From the NCBI GenBank assembly GCA_008632985.1, contig QPGO01000078.1, positions 310,001-366,074 of the forward strand: a DNA stretch of 56,074 bases, read 5' to 3'. The DNA is from Psammoneis japonica (Eukaryota). Numbering within the stretch: the stretch's first letter is position 1; each line of letters opens with the position of its first letter. Positions 23,924 through 37,276 of the stretch are shown one piece after another. Under the pieces are notes generated by a model. That model worked only from the letters and a program-made list of their open reading frames with translations. It was not told the origin of the DNA and ran no database searches. A program made the position numbers and the translations under genes.

Positions 23924-24299
23924 TACTTCTACCAGGCTGAAACTTGCACGGCTTAAAAAAATCGCAACGTGCGATTTTTTTGGATCCTGGTACAAAAACG
24001 AAAAATTCTACGCAGAATTTGCGTAGCCACCATGGCGAATTTGCGTCGCGTCCACCGTCGTTGTCACCGTTTTTCACAAGGTGAGTCACTCAGGACATTG
24101 TCGATATTTGTCTGCAGCACCATTACGTGTTGGCTCAATTTTGACAAGTGCCACTCCGCGCAAGAATATCGATTTCGATTCCTTCGGTGTATAAGTCTGC
24201 TGCTGTTGTCGTCATTCCGGTATGTTTCGTCGAGTTTGTTGTTGTTTCCTTCCTCTCATCCCTTGACCTATGAATCATTCGTTTCATAATAAATATAGA

Positions 24300-24930
24300 T
24301 AAGAGGTGATGATGTGTGGGACTCCTTCGGGGTGTTTGAGGCGAGCTCTGGACGTCGCGGCTAGTGGTTGGTGTGTTTCCAACAGACGACAGCGGTCCGG
24401 CACTTATTATGTTTGTTTCTCGGTCCGCACGCAGATTCTCCCCCACGAAAGGGCTTCATGCTTTACTTTATGGAATGTGTTGATGATACAAGCAGTGGTG
24501 TTCATGGATCATTTATTAACACGGTGTGTGAGTTCTCCTCTCTGGCAAACTAGACTAGGTGGCCTTCCAAGAAATTCCTTAAAGACCTCTCTGCATCCGA
24601 CAACATTATGGACACCCTGATCTATTTGACAACCGGGAAAACATGGAATCATCAGGAGCTCAAACGACATCAATCTCTTTTAGGACATCTTTGCAGGTAA
24701 CAACAACATCATTCGTGGTGGATCAGTTGGTTTCAAGGAGTGTTTGCAGGTGGGAAAAGGACGTGTGCGTGGTTACGCTGGCAATGTTTGATTCGGAAAA
24801 GATTTGTGACAGAAACATCACTCCCATGGGAACTGTTCAGATTCTGTTGGGAGGGCTTTATTCTTGTCGGAGGTGCAAAGTATCGTGCGAGTGCGATTGG
24901 CCTGGGTTTTGTTACTCAGCTCACTCCATG
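24300..24930 (+). pseudogene. Possible highly decayed PIF/Harbinger-like transposase fragment
   Basis: Short peptides in different frames (HLLCLFL, FDNR, NDINLF, GY) occur in an order similar to the transposase family at 26.6-27.5 kb. Weak evidence. Confidence 0.3.
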
Positions 24931-25268
24931 CCATGAGCAGTGTCGATTTTTTGCATCGAGTCACCTTTGTCTCGGAATCGAGCAGGAATCTTTTCAAAGT
25001 TTTAATATAACTCTCTTAGCTTTTTATTTGTTTTATTTTTTGGACCTCATTTTGACTTCAATCTGGCCGTGTCGACGACTCGACCCGAGTTTCCTGATTC
25101 GTCACACTTCACATTATGCTGGCATTCCTACAGTCAAGAGAGTAAAAGTTCTGAAAGAGATGTTTCTTGACTCTTCTGTCAATCAACTTTCCAGTTGAAA
25201 GAGATGCACTCGTATGTTTTGGACTGGTGGTGAGTACTACTAGACGGGGTGCTGAATGAAGTTCAAAA

Positions 25269-25324
25269 GCATGAAGAATCGAACCTCTTGCATGAAGAAT
25301 CGAACCTGAAGAATCGAACCTCTT
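25269..25324 (+). repeat. Short tandem repeat, 3 x GAAGAATCGAACCT
   Basis: Copies at 25273, 25294 and 25308. Confidence 0.8.
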
Positions 25325-25631
25325 GAAATACGCGGGAGTTACCATTGGGGTGGAGGGCAGACGTTTTGTACTATTACCGCTACGTGATTCGTACGAGGTA
25401 CGTAGAAATCACGTAGAAATCTGTCTGTGCGCCAGTTAGAATGTGTTACGCACGATCCGCGGGAGTGACATAGATGATGTTCCAAGGTGTCAAAACCGCA
25501 ATGTTATAAGCACGCCACGGAGATGCAGTGCGCGGCGCATGCTGCACATGCGTGATGTGGTGGGGATGGAGGAGGGGTTCGCTTTTGCTCGCGATCAACT
25601 CACGAGAGCGTTGCATCAACCATGAGATTAA

Positions 25632-26570
25632 CCCTTTGACACATGAAATTGCTCATTTGGGGCCAGGCCCCAAATGAGAATTTAACGGTCAGACATTTTG
25701 TCTGACGAAATCTTGACGACCACGATTTGAGCACGACGCCTGCTCTTGCGAACGGGAACCACGACGACTCGACAATGGCGGTTTCAGGACGCGAGACCCC
25801 ATTCACTCTCCATTCTGACAGGTCTTCACAGCACAAACTCTGTGCATTTATGTGTGTCTGTTTGGCCAATGCTTTAGCCACACAACTGTTTTCCATCCGA
25901 ATCAACGGTGTGTCAATCACAGACGAGTGACAACACGGCAAATCAGGGGGAAATTGACAATGTCAGGTTAGCGACACGGCGACCACCTTGTCGTTGTCTG
26001 AGACAAGTGAAAACAACACGATCAAAACAACCATGCTCAATTCAATCTAAATCGCAACTTTCATGTTGATTGTTGGTCATTTTGGTGCCGTAAGATTTGA
26101 CTTTGCGTCAACCAGCAAAAACAAGAATCGAACTTATGGTGGTTTGACATTTGTTGCCATGTGGCACTTTCAACCATTCCTTTTCATTTTTTGTTTCCAC
26201 CAACAAACAATTCTGAAATCTGAGATTCCTGCGTGACGGTTGCAGCTTTCCCGCCATTTTCTCCGGCCGCCGAAATGGCGGTCGAGTCGCCATCTTTGGA
26301 CGCTGTTGCGGAGGCAAAAAATCTCGTTTTCTCGTCTGATTTTTCGCGTGTGATCGCTCAACACACCAGTGCAACAATCGACGTAAACAGCCATGAAAAT
26401 CTTTCAATGCCTCGAGCACATTGTCACTCGAACCTTGTTTGGGGCCAGGCCCCAAGCGATTTAGCCGTTGTTTTCCCGCCAAAATTTGCTTGTGGATTTG
26501 TTTGTTTAGACCAATCAGGATGGCGCATTGTTTGGGGCCAGGCCCCAAACAGTGGCCATGTGTCAAAGGG
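25632..26570. mobile_element. piggyBac-type non-autonomous DNA transposon (939 bp)
   Basis: Perfect 14-bp TIR CCCTTTGACACATG (25632-25645) / CATGTGTCAAAGGG (26557-26570). TTAA at 25628-31 and TTGA at 26571-74. Subterminal palindromes TTGGGGCC-A-GGCCCCAA centred at 25665, 26447 and 26540. Confidence 0.88.
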
Positions 26571-26627
26571 TTGAGGAACGTTCGCAGCAACATCATCTTG
26601 GCAACGGTGTGCTTTCTGCTGTTAATT

Positions 26628-27480
26628 TCAGTTGTCAAAATGATCCACATCAAATGGTGAGCAACCTGACATGAGGGCCAACTGTGTGATGTTGGCCACA
26701 GCATGAAACACATGGCAATGTGTTTCCTTCGCGTGGTGGCATCTTTGCTTGAGCACTCCAAAATGCTTGGACCATCCATTGACAGCCTCACACCTTGCCC
26801 TTGCTGTTGTTTTCACAGCCTCGTCTGCATTTCTTGAGCCGGATGGAGTCGAGCTGTGCTGCTGGCTCCCGTCGCCGCAGCCACCATGGCTGGATGCATC
26901 TCACTGTCTTCAAGCTCTTCAATGATCCATTTGCAAGCAATGCTCAGATCTGGCAAACCAGCTGGGTGCACCCCATTGACCCAAACAATCCACCCTGTTT
27001 GAGCGCATGTTCCAATTTCATGCCGCAGCCCAGCACCGTGAAATTCATGGGAGAACCACATTGGATCAAATGGTGATGGCTCGTAGATTCTGAAATCATT
27101 GCCATTGAGTGTCGCCAAACATGCACCACCATCATCATCAACGAAGCAGTCTTCCCAGTGAATCTAAGAACAAGGTGTCAGCCCACTTGTTTCATGTGTG
27201 TGAGTCCTGTCTGGAATGGTGCGCACCAAATCCAACTGTCCAATGAGTTGAGTGCCCACCCAAACCCATTTTCTCAGCATGTCTTCATGGATTTTATCAC
27301 AGATGCCAGCAATGGTGACTGTCTCAGACTCACGCAATTTGAGAAAGCAAAGGGTGTGAAGCAGGTGAGTGGGCAAAAATCCTTGTGGCATTTTCCCGTT
27401 GTCAACAAGAAGCCCCCACAACTCAGATGCCACTTCTTCTGGGGTGCAGGAGCATGATGCAAACCAACATTTCCATGCTG
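26628..27480 (-). pseudogene. PIF/Harbinger-like (DDE_Tnp_4-type) transposase relic
   Basis: Frameshifted pieces PTHLLHTLCFLK..RKWVW, NGNDFRIYEPSPFDPMWFSHEFHGAGLRHEIG...TGWIVWVNG..PAG.PDL and ARARCEAVNGWSKHFGVL..VFHAVANITQL. Confidence 0.75.
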
Positions 27481-28102
27481 CACATGACCCTTTTGGCTTC
27501 TGAATGATTGTCTGTGCCAAGTGCTCTGTGGCCTCTTTGGGCAGTCTCATGATTGGCAATTGGCAGCTCACCATTGTGTGTCACTTCAGACTTTTTTGTT
27601 GTGCCGTTTGTGCCAGTCTCTGCCACTGGTGGCTGCTCTCTAGCCAGCTGGCAGCAGTGGTTGTTGTTGACAGTTGTGTTTTGTTGTCTTCACGCAGTTG
27701 GGGTTCTCATCAGAAGAGGCCTTTGGTGAGATTCTGTCATGTTTGAAGAAAATGGGGGAAAAAAAGCGATTTTGGTGTGGTTTCTGAATGGTGACTTCGG
27801 GACGTTCACAAGTGGCAACTTTGGGCATCGTTTTGTCAACCAGAACACGGCAGAACAACCATTCTAATGCATGCTCTTAGCTCAACTGACACAGCAGTCA
27901 ATGAGAACCCTGACAGTGAGTTTTGATTGTCACCACACACATGCATGCATTCAAAACAATTGTGAGTGATGTCACTCTGATGCTGATGTGTGCATTTTCA
28001 TTTTGACCACACCGCTTGCACTGTGTTCTTTTTTTTTCATTGGGCCACAGACACCAACAATGGCAATGAAGAGCTTTTCTCAGGTGGCTTTGACAGCACT
28101 CA

Positions 28103-28999
28103 TTGATGGCATTGGCTCCAGCTCCTGCAAACAACAACGATGCTGCTGCTGTTGTGAATGGAGCTGGTGTTGCTTCTGTGGTGGAGGCACGTGGTGGTGG
28201 GCAAGCCCATGGTTTTGCAAGCCACTTGCAAGGACTCTGTCACCAAGACCTCATGTTGGTCATTGTGGCTCCATCTGGTGTTTGCACCACAGACCTTTCT
28301 GGTGTCCAGCTGTCTGTTGTGAGCAATGGGTGGATGCTCAGTTACGTCTCCCAGTTGCCACAGCACTCCATGGACATGGACGCTCTCCATGCAGTTCTCA
28401 TTGATGAAGCCACTGCCCAAGGGGGGAACCATGGTGGTGATGATGAACTCTGTGATGTCTTTAAGTGCCTTGAAGCTCTTTCAGATGAGCTGTCTTCAAT
28501 GAGGCAGTCTGACTCTGAGGTCCTGTCTTCCACGGCCCTCGTGCCCTTGCCAATCCAGGTCTCCAGGAAAATCAACAAGGTTCATTTGTTGGGTGGTCGC
28601 GATGGGTCCAGGGTCATTCATGTGGACCTCAAGTTGGAAGATTTGACATGCTGCACTGTGGAGAATCCAAAAGTCAAGTTGATTGATGCTGCAGGTGACG
28701 GTGTTGGACTCATTGGCTGCAATCAGGAGCTGGATGCCAGTGGACAGGATGCACGTGCATTTGACACAATGCACAGATTGGGATTTGGGATCACACCCAG
28801 GCCATCCAGCTGTTCCTCCCAGCCAGAAGAAGAAGAGAAAAGGAAAAGAAAGCAAAAAACAAACATCAATGAAGTTTTGACACGGCGCTGCAGTGCCGCA
28901 GCACCCAGTGCAGACGGACGCATGCAGGCACAGATGTGCCACGCACCGGCAGCAAGGGCACGCGCCGTGGCACGACAAGTGGTGGAGGCGGGCCGTTGA
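28103..28999 (+). pseudogene. Decayed ORF, possibly the accessory gene of the adjacent Harbinger-like element
   Basis: Protein-like core (LVIVAPSGV..LHAV..FKCLEAL..VPLPIQV..RVIHVDL) divergent from the transposase and inside the hypermutated block. Ends uncertain. Confidence 0.3.
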
Positions 29000-31399
29000 G
29001 CAACTCGGGAGTGGCAGGGTGCATTGCGCACATCAAATTTGGTGCGAGGTGTCACATGTTTGCGCGCGCAGCAGAAGGACGGGGATTGTCAATGCCTGGA
29101 ACACAGCACACAGCAGCAAGCACACCACCTCATCATCATGATGTCAATGTTGTTGCTTTAGAAACGGCTGAATGGCAGAGGAGAACATCGTTCCATCTGT
29201 CAAAGCAGAGGATGTGACAGCTCTGGAAGTTGCAGCAGATCTCATGGGCGCCAAAGGCATGACTGCAGCGGCAGCAGCCATGACTGCACTCGGCGCCACG
29301 GGAAGTGCCGAGGGTGTGTCCGCCCAGTCCGAACGCGAAAGGATTTCGGAGAAGCCGGCGCAGTCCCAAAGTGAAAATGGGGAGAAAGCCGTGTCGCCAG
29401 AGCCAACCTTTCAAATTTGTGGTTTGAAAGAAGCACAGCAGCTGGGTTGCAACACCGAGCAGCTCATTTTGGCTGGTTGCAAGATTGAGCTTTGGGTGGA
29501 CAGGCCACCATCCTGAAACCGGAGGTTGCATGGACAGAAACAATGGAATGGGCGCAAGTTGCAACCAACTGTTTGGCAAAGACAACCATAAAAATGCGCA
29601 AATTTCGTACACTCAGACTTTCAATTAAGCTGCCGCACCTCGAATTAGACAACACCAACATGCACAGATGAACTCATGAAGCCTCACAGAAGACAGAACG
29701 GTCAGAAGGAAAACAACCAACACCACGCACCACTCTGGCCCCAAACCCCAACGCAAATTAGTCAGGTCGCGTGAGTTGCGCAGAAGTGCGCACTGTGGCA
29801 CCCTGTTTCAAAAAAAACAACCGTCGCACGTTACAATTGATTCGGACGCCCGGCACAAAACTCACTTGACAGATGAAAAATGCAGCAAAATGATTGGTGC
29901 AAGCAATCGTCACGCCTCTGTTTTCTGACAGTGGCAAGGGCGGCAATCCAAAATCTTTTGGTTTCAAACTTTGATGCAGAGGGTTCCACTGAAGAGAGGA
30001 GGAACCAATTGGCAACTGATTGGTGCAACAAAATGTTCTTTCAATGACAGTCTCAGCACAGCTGCCACTGTGGCAGCAGCAGGGCCCGATCTAGACTGTG
30101 GTTTGACTCGGTGATGAACTCGGTGGTGCGAGCAGTGCTCGCTCTTTGGCTTTTTGTTGTTGCATGTGCGTTGCATGTGCAGCATGCTGGCAGTCGTTGC
30201 AATCATCTGCTCTCTTTCTCTGGCAGGTCCAGCACAGTGCGGCACATGCAGCAGCTCTGGCCAGCTGTCCGCGGTGCAGGCTGGTGTCTTTTTGTCGAAA
30301 AAACTCGCAGAACCATGCGGAGACGTTTTTTCTTGCAGCTCCCTGCACCACTGCAGCACACTGCTCCAAGGAAATTGCAGCTGTTGGCATCTTTTATTTG
30401 TCTTGCTTTGTGGATGCAGTCAAGGGTCATCTGTCCACCGACTCTAATTCTCCGTGTGTCTGTTCTTCTGTCAGCTGGAATTCTTGCTGAAATTCTTTTC
30501 ATGCCATGTCACCCCACTTTCAAAGTTGTTGTTTTGGAGATCACAGGCCCATTGCTTTGGAGATCATGGGCAATGGCCACATGTTGGAACTGTTGTGGTT
30601 TGCTTCAGCAGCGTTTGATTGATTGTTTGGTTGAGTGTCGCCCCTGAGACTTGCACTGTCTGCCAGTGCAAGTGCACGGGAAACTCGCCAATTTTGGCAT
30701 TGACAAGATTCAGTTTGGGCAGCTTGTGATTTGGTCACCAGCAGTTTTGTGAAGACCATTGACTGAATGCTCATTGCTGCCAGCCAGTGTGTGCCATCTA
30801 CTCACATTCTGTCCAAGGTGTTGTTTCAGACTGAACATCCAACTGATGCATTGGCCAGGAAGACACTCAGAGCTCTGTGGATGCGCGAGCTTTGACTTGT
30901 CATGTTCACCCAATTGGGGCAACTTAACATGTTCTACACTTCTGTTTGGGGATGCCCAGACTGGAGCAACTGTCTGCAGCTCTGACGCCATCAGGACTTC
31001 CCTCTAAACATGCTCTGTGCCCTTGATGCCAAGTGCAATGCGTGGCCCCATCAGCTGTGCAGCTGGTCCCACCAGAAGGTTCATTGTTGATTCCCATGTG
31101 CCACCATCTCAGGCTCTGCTCCATCCGCCAGTGGCCCTTCTGAGACTCAAGACAGCTCTCCGAGTTTGCATTCACTGGTTGAGAATGTCCCAGATGATTG
31201 GTCTGAGTCCGTTGCTTCAAGCCAATTGATGGACATGGCTGACAACCCCAAGACTTTTGAGGATCAGCCTTCTGTGGCAAAAAAAACTCCACCTCCACAG
31301 GACAGCAAGGACTCAGGCAGATGATGAGTCTGCATCACTTTTGGTGCCATGCCATGACCACAATGATTTGTCTGATGATGAATCTGAAGTGGGAGACTG

Positions 31400-34300
31400 T
31401 GTGAGTCCAGATGAACACCAAGCTGTGCAGGCCATGGCTGCCGTGATGGCAGCAGCAATCCTGAAGATGAAGGTGTTCAAGCCCGAAGCTCCCATCATGG
31501 GGGCAGTTGCTTCTGTTGGTTCTGCTGAGAAGGTGGCTTGGACTGGGAGGAAGCCCAAGGTTGATTGGTCTGGTTTGGATCCATCCGCCTCAACCTCCCC
31601 AACATCTCCTGATCAGCATCACTTGCGCCCCGTCTCCACCACTCAGAAGAGCAAGAGCTGCCATGCTGTTGGACTTTCCACTGAGTTCACAAACAAGAGA
31701 GACCTTGCCACTTTTGAGAAGAGTGTCATGAAGCATTTCAAGGACTGTGGCTTGGATGCAATGACTCACCTCACGGACCCCAAGGACTCCGCCAAGATGA
31801 CATCTTGCATTGAGGGTCATCCCAGGTGCTCCAAGGCAAGTGTGGATTAACTTGTTGTGCCACAGGTCCTCAAGTGGGACATCTGCAATGTTGCCAATGA
31901 CAAGGATGCCACTGCATTCCTCAAGATTTCTCTGGAATTGGGTCTGGCTGTCCAGCTGGACCTGGAGGCAGAAGAGTTGGATGGTTTCCCAAAAGTTTGG
32001 ATGGCCTTGATTGTGATGCTTCAAAGCATGTCAATTGAACACATCAAGCAGCTTGAGAGTCTGAAACCCTCCCAGCTCTCAGGACAGGACCTCTTGGAGC
32101 TGCTGCACAAGTTCAAAATCACTGCTCAGGAGTTGGATGTTGCTGGTCAGTGCAACCACAAGTCAACACTCACCTTGATCAAGTTGTGCCTGGAAGCTGG
32201 TTGGGATGGTGAGAACAGACAGCAGTTCAAGCACTGCCTTTGGACCCTGAAGGAGGACTTGGATGAGGCATCAGTTGAGATTGCACACAAGGACGCTGCC
32301 TTGCTGCTGGGAAACTCACCTGCTCCCAAGTTGTTGCCATGATCCTTGATCATTGTTGCTTGTTCAAGGACATCAATCAGTGGGACTTGGCAAGGCATGC
32401 TGTGCATTCCAAAGCCACTCTCCTCAAGCCTTTGGAAACCCAGCAGCAGATCCCAACATTGCCTGTCAGCCTGTTGGGGTCTCCTTGACTCCTGCACAGT
32501 TCAGTGCTCTTGTCCAGCACAACAGTGATGCCGCCAAGAAGACTCCCAATGACTTGGCATGTCACAGCTGCGGCAAGCTTGGACACTGGAAGTGTGACTG
32601 TCCCAACAAAGCCAACCAAGGAGGCCAACGGGGCAACCATCATGGCACCAACCCAGGTGGTGGCAGCCGTGGTGGGCAAGGCAGGTCTCACAATGGGAAC
32701 AATGGCAACGTTGTACCCAACGGCACTTGTGGCAGCAATGGCATGTGCAAGTGGAAGAAGTTGGACAAGAGCCACAATCTCTCACCTGCTGACAAGGAGT
32801 CACTGAGCTGGCACTTTCATCTTGGACATTTGGGGTTTCAAAAGGTGCAATTTTTGATGAGAACGGGTGTGCCATCCCACTCTGAGGGCACTCATCATCT
32901 GCATGAATGTGCTTGTTGCATTGATTGTCCCCCCTCTTTGTGCTGCACGCCAATGTGGCAAACAAAAATGCCACGCAAGCCCTGAAAAGACTTCTCTTGT
33001 TGTCAAAGATTGAGCTGGAGCCTTGAAAAAGGACAAACTCCTCTTTCCTGGTCACCGTGTGTCCATTGATCATTTTGTTTGTTCCACTTGTGGTCATCTG
33101 AAAAATGCCTTTGGAAAAGAAGATGCAAGGCATTGGCACTCTGAAGGTGCCATCTTTGTGGATCATGCATCAGGCCATGTCAACGTTCAACATCAGACTC
33201 ACCTTCATGCCCATGAGACTCTTGCTGCCAAGAATGATTTTTTGAGGCTTGTTGTCATGATTTTGTTGTTGTTCCTCAAGAACATTTGAGTGACAATGGA
33301 AAGGCATTTACTTTGACCAATCATCATGTTCACTTGGAGTTTTTTGCTCAGATGTTGCAGCAGGCTGGTGTTGGAGCTCACCATCACAACAGGGTTTGTG
33401 AACAAGCAATGCACATTGTTGTGATGTCCATTGCAAGAAGTGTGTTGCTGCGTGCCATGATCCACTGGCCTGATGTTGCAGATGCTTTGCTTTGGCCACT
33501 CACTGTTTGTCATCATGATGTGATGCTGTGCAACACCATGCCCAATCCCTCTGTGGGTCTAAGTCCTCAGGATTGTTTGCCCAGACGCAGTTTCCTCATT
33601 CTTGCTTTCAGAACTGCCACATTTGGGGTTGCCCCCTGTTTGTGTTCTTGACAAGAAAATTGCTCATGGGCAAAAGCTGTCAAAGTGGAAACCCCGATCA
33701 AGTTGGCATGTCTGTGTGGGACTCAGCATCAAGCACACCTCATCTGTCCCGCCAGTGCTGAGTTTTGAAACAGGAGCCATCACTCCACAGTTTCATGTCT
33801 TTTTGATGATTGGTTTGCTGCCATTCCTGCTGATGTGGACTCATCATCATCTGCTGTTGGGTCACCTGAATGGGCTTCTCTCTTCAGTGACAGTGCACAT
33901 CAGTGTGACATGGATGATTCGGAGCAAGCAGGTGCAGATGTGCATTGGAACCACTCCATGCATGAGGCATTTACAAGAGGTTTGCGCAACTGTTGAAACA
34001 TGGTCTCACCTCCCAAGCCTCTTCAGGTGCCTCCTCTGGCTGTCCAGCCACCAGCATCCACATCCAAGTCTCTCTTGAGTCCTCCTGCAGACCGGGTGGG
34101 TCCCACCAGCATGACACCATCACCAATGGACCTTCTGCTGAACCTGTGTCATCACACTCATCTCAGAGGGAGAATGCACCCGCTGCCAATGCAACTCCAT
34201 CACCAAGTCCTCAGAGGGAGCCTCCTGCCCCTCAAAACCTTTTTTGATCTTGGTCAAGAGAGGGAGTCCCCTCCCACTCCTCCAACAAGCGCAAGCTGTC

Positions 34301-34400
34301 CTTCTCCAACACCAGTCCAACACTCTGCTCATGAAAGGTCGGCACCTGATTGCTCAGGTTGTGATGGATCTCAGAGACATGGCCACTTGGCTCACTTTGC
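31400..34400 (+). mobile_element. Second, heavily decayed and internally deleted Ty1/copia relic (gag, pre-integrase, integrase)
   Basis: Gag-like KHFKDCGLD..DPKD; knuckle CHSCGKLGHWKCDC; WHFHLGHLGF; PGHRVSIDHF, IFVDHASG, SDNG, HWP..LWP, WGCP, KWKPRS, TGAITPQFHV. No protease, RT or LTR recognised; limits approximate. Confidence 0.82.
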
Positions 34401-35184
34401 TGATTTCCATCATGTGCACAAGTTCAATCATGGACACAACATGTCCATGACTGCCCCGGCATCAGCACATGAAATCAAGGATCTGACATTGAAGAACTGG
34501 TGAGTGGGGAAGGTCAATGCACCACTGCAGATGGCAGGGAGTCTCTTGGTGCAGCAGCAAATCACACTTGAGAAATTGAGAAAGATGACAGAGCAAAGTC
34601 AGGTGTGGCAGTCAGTTGGCAGATTGCCAGCATTTGCTTTGGTCAGGGGGCTTTGTGCATGATGGAAGATGCCAGAAAACTGATGTGTGCAAAAGTGGGT
34701 TGCAGTGTCACTGGAGCAGCACTGCATGATCTGCAATGCAGTGACAGCTGCAACTTCTGCAGCTGGGTGCCAGATGGAAATTGTGGCAAGATCCTTCCTT
34801 TGTGGCTCAATGCATGCTGGTTTTTACACATGGGTTCGCACCAGTGCACAAAAACAACAACATTTTGACAATGGTGGTCCCTGCTTCTTTGGATGCACCC
34901 ATTCTGTGGCCCTCAACGGTGGAGCACAGCAAGAATTGGCAGTCTTCAGTTCAGCAGCACTGGTTCTCTTGAAAACACAGGCATCGCTAGATTCATCTCA
35001 CACAGCTTGCACTTGGTCAGAAGGATCCTTAGCTGTCGGATCCACACCGATACCTTTTGCAATGATGACGAGAGGTGCTGACAAGAGACGCTTTGTTTTT
35101 CTTAGAATTCATAGACTAGAGCAATGCTAGAGCACTTAGGGTTCTAATTCACCAACAGTGGCGACGATGCGGAGTCTGTTGGCG

Positions 35185-37066
35185 CTAATCAGACCCCTCG
35201 CGACTGCTGACTATTGCGACACGAGTGATCTCCGAAAATTGCTCTTCTGTGGTTGAATCTGGAGATGACGTGTGCTCAAACGTCGTTTCAACATGCTCCT
35301 TTTCAGTGGCCATTCTGTCTGCCAAGAATTTCACATGGGTCTCAACCCAATCACTTTCCTGCGTCCGTTCCAAATCAGCTAGATCATACAAGATAAGGCA
35401 CTTCTCTTCCTCATTCTCATAGGTCCCGATATGACGCCACCGGACATCTTCCTGCCTATACTTGAGGCGCTTCTCGCAAAAGACTTTCTGCAGCACGTCT
35501 CGCACATCATCTAGGGTCGCTTCTCTTTCACCTGTGGCAACGGGGGTGAAGAATGGCATCACAACACAGTGAAATCCACTCAAGACCACATGCTTTACCT
35601 TGCCCTCAAGACATTCGTAGAAATCCAGGAGGGTGGCCACCTCCTTCCTTGTTGCCTGCTCAGCTTGTTTGACAAAATCTTTACTGTCAAGTGTGTTGCC
35701 TTCAGCATCGGTGTTTTTAACGTACATTTTGACAACAACCTCGACGCCATGTACATCAACAGCATGCCACACATTCGCGGTATCCCCACGGCCCAACGGG
35801 CCTATCAAGTAGTACGCTTTATCGTCATGAGGTAGTGCCCGTTGGCACTTTTCGTTTCTGTCTTTCCCTTCTCTCGAGGTGTCTACAAAGCTGCAAATAG
35901 TGAAACCCAGATGTGTAACCAACCTCCCCCAGTTATACCCAGGCTTGCCATTGACAAAACGAAGAACTTTTGGGAATCGATAAGTCTTGTTTGATTGCAA
36001 ATTGTGAACGGATTTCACCTTTGCCATTTGCGTCGTCTTCAAAGCAAGGCCGAGTGTAGTGTAGAGCACGTTCACTAGTTCATGAGCCTTAAATACTCTG
36101 GATCGGCTCAGGTTTCGCTCATGAGTCACAAAGAAACCAAGGTCCTTGTCGTCAACGGAAAAACGTTTGGCGTTTCCAGCTGAGGTGGCGATGCTGAAGT
36201 TGAATTCTGCTGCTGTTTTTTTTTCGACCTGGGTGTCGGCGGACATAAATCGTCTTTACACAGGTTCGCTACTTCGTCATTGAACTTGTCATTCCAACAG
36301 ACACATGTCTCATCCATGCTAGTCAAAACAACAATAGGCAACCGGTGCCCACATGCCTGTTGATGCTCGCCGTAGTCGAACACTTGTCCCAATACTATTG
36401 GTTGCTCGCATAGACTGACTGTGGGCTTCTTCACTTCAACAACGAGCACCGGCAGATCATGTCGTGCAGAACGTACTGCCAGGATATCGGGTCTCCCCGA
36501 AAACAAACTGCGTTCTTGAAACACTGAGAGATCCTCATCTCAGGGTGGAGAATCGTAAGGATTGCAATTGCATCATTGAGAATACGCAGAACCATCGTGG
36601 CAATATCAGCTTCAGTGGTGTATTCAAGTTTTTTGTATATGTGACCACCAGTTGGATCATCCTTCTTTTGATCAATCAGATGCAAAAGGAATTGTGAAAC
36701 AAAGTCCAGTGCAATCCGTTCTTCATTGATTTCTGAAATCGGGAAGAGACGTTCCGTAGCAGTAGCGCTCTCGTAGTCGCCGCTGTTGTGCGAGTAATCA
36801 CTGCCCGCCAGTTTCAGAACAATGTTTCCCTCGTCCAATGCTACGAGAGTGCGAAGACTCCGTCTTTTCGCAATGCGGTCTCTTGCGGCATGTCTTTTCT
36901 CAGATTCTTCTGCTCTTTTCTCAGCTGCTGTCAGACGTGCCTCCAATTCCTCCCGGGTAAGACGCTCGTATGGTTCCCCGTCACCGGGAGCGGACGACTC
37001 GTCACCGCGTTTGAGTCGTTTAGGCTGCCGCTTGCTGGTTTCACTCATATTATATCTAGATTTCAA
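35185..37066 (-). pseudogene. REase (PD-(D/E)xK) + kinase-like protein (Crinkler-like / DUF5898-like) split by two frameshifts
   Basis: Overlapping ORFs 37066-36431, 36524-36126 and 36246-35185. RPDILAV..VVEVKKP..GQVFDY nuclease-like motif; LGRGDTANVW, VVVKMY, VVMPFF, DVRWRHIG, LYDLADL kinase-like motifs. Confidence 0.7.
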
Positions 37067-37276
37067 ATCGGTTGCTATGATATGAAGAGATCACTTTCAA
37101 CTTGCTGTGGGAAGAGTCGTCGTCGCTGCGTTGAGTGTTTTCACAGGCTCAGAAGCCTGTGGTGTTTTGGAGTTTGGCGTGTTGCGGAGCTTGCGGCGCG
37201 GGCAGTCGTTTTATCGCGCACAAAATGCATATAATAGGTACTGTAGAAAATACGTAGAATCACTACCATGCGGTGA

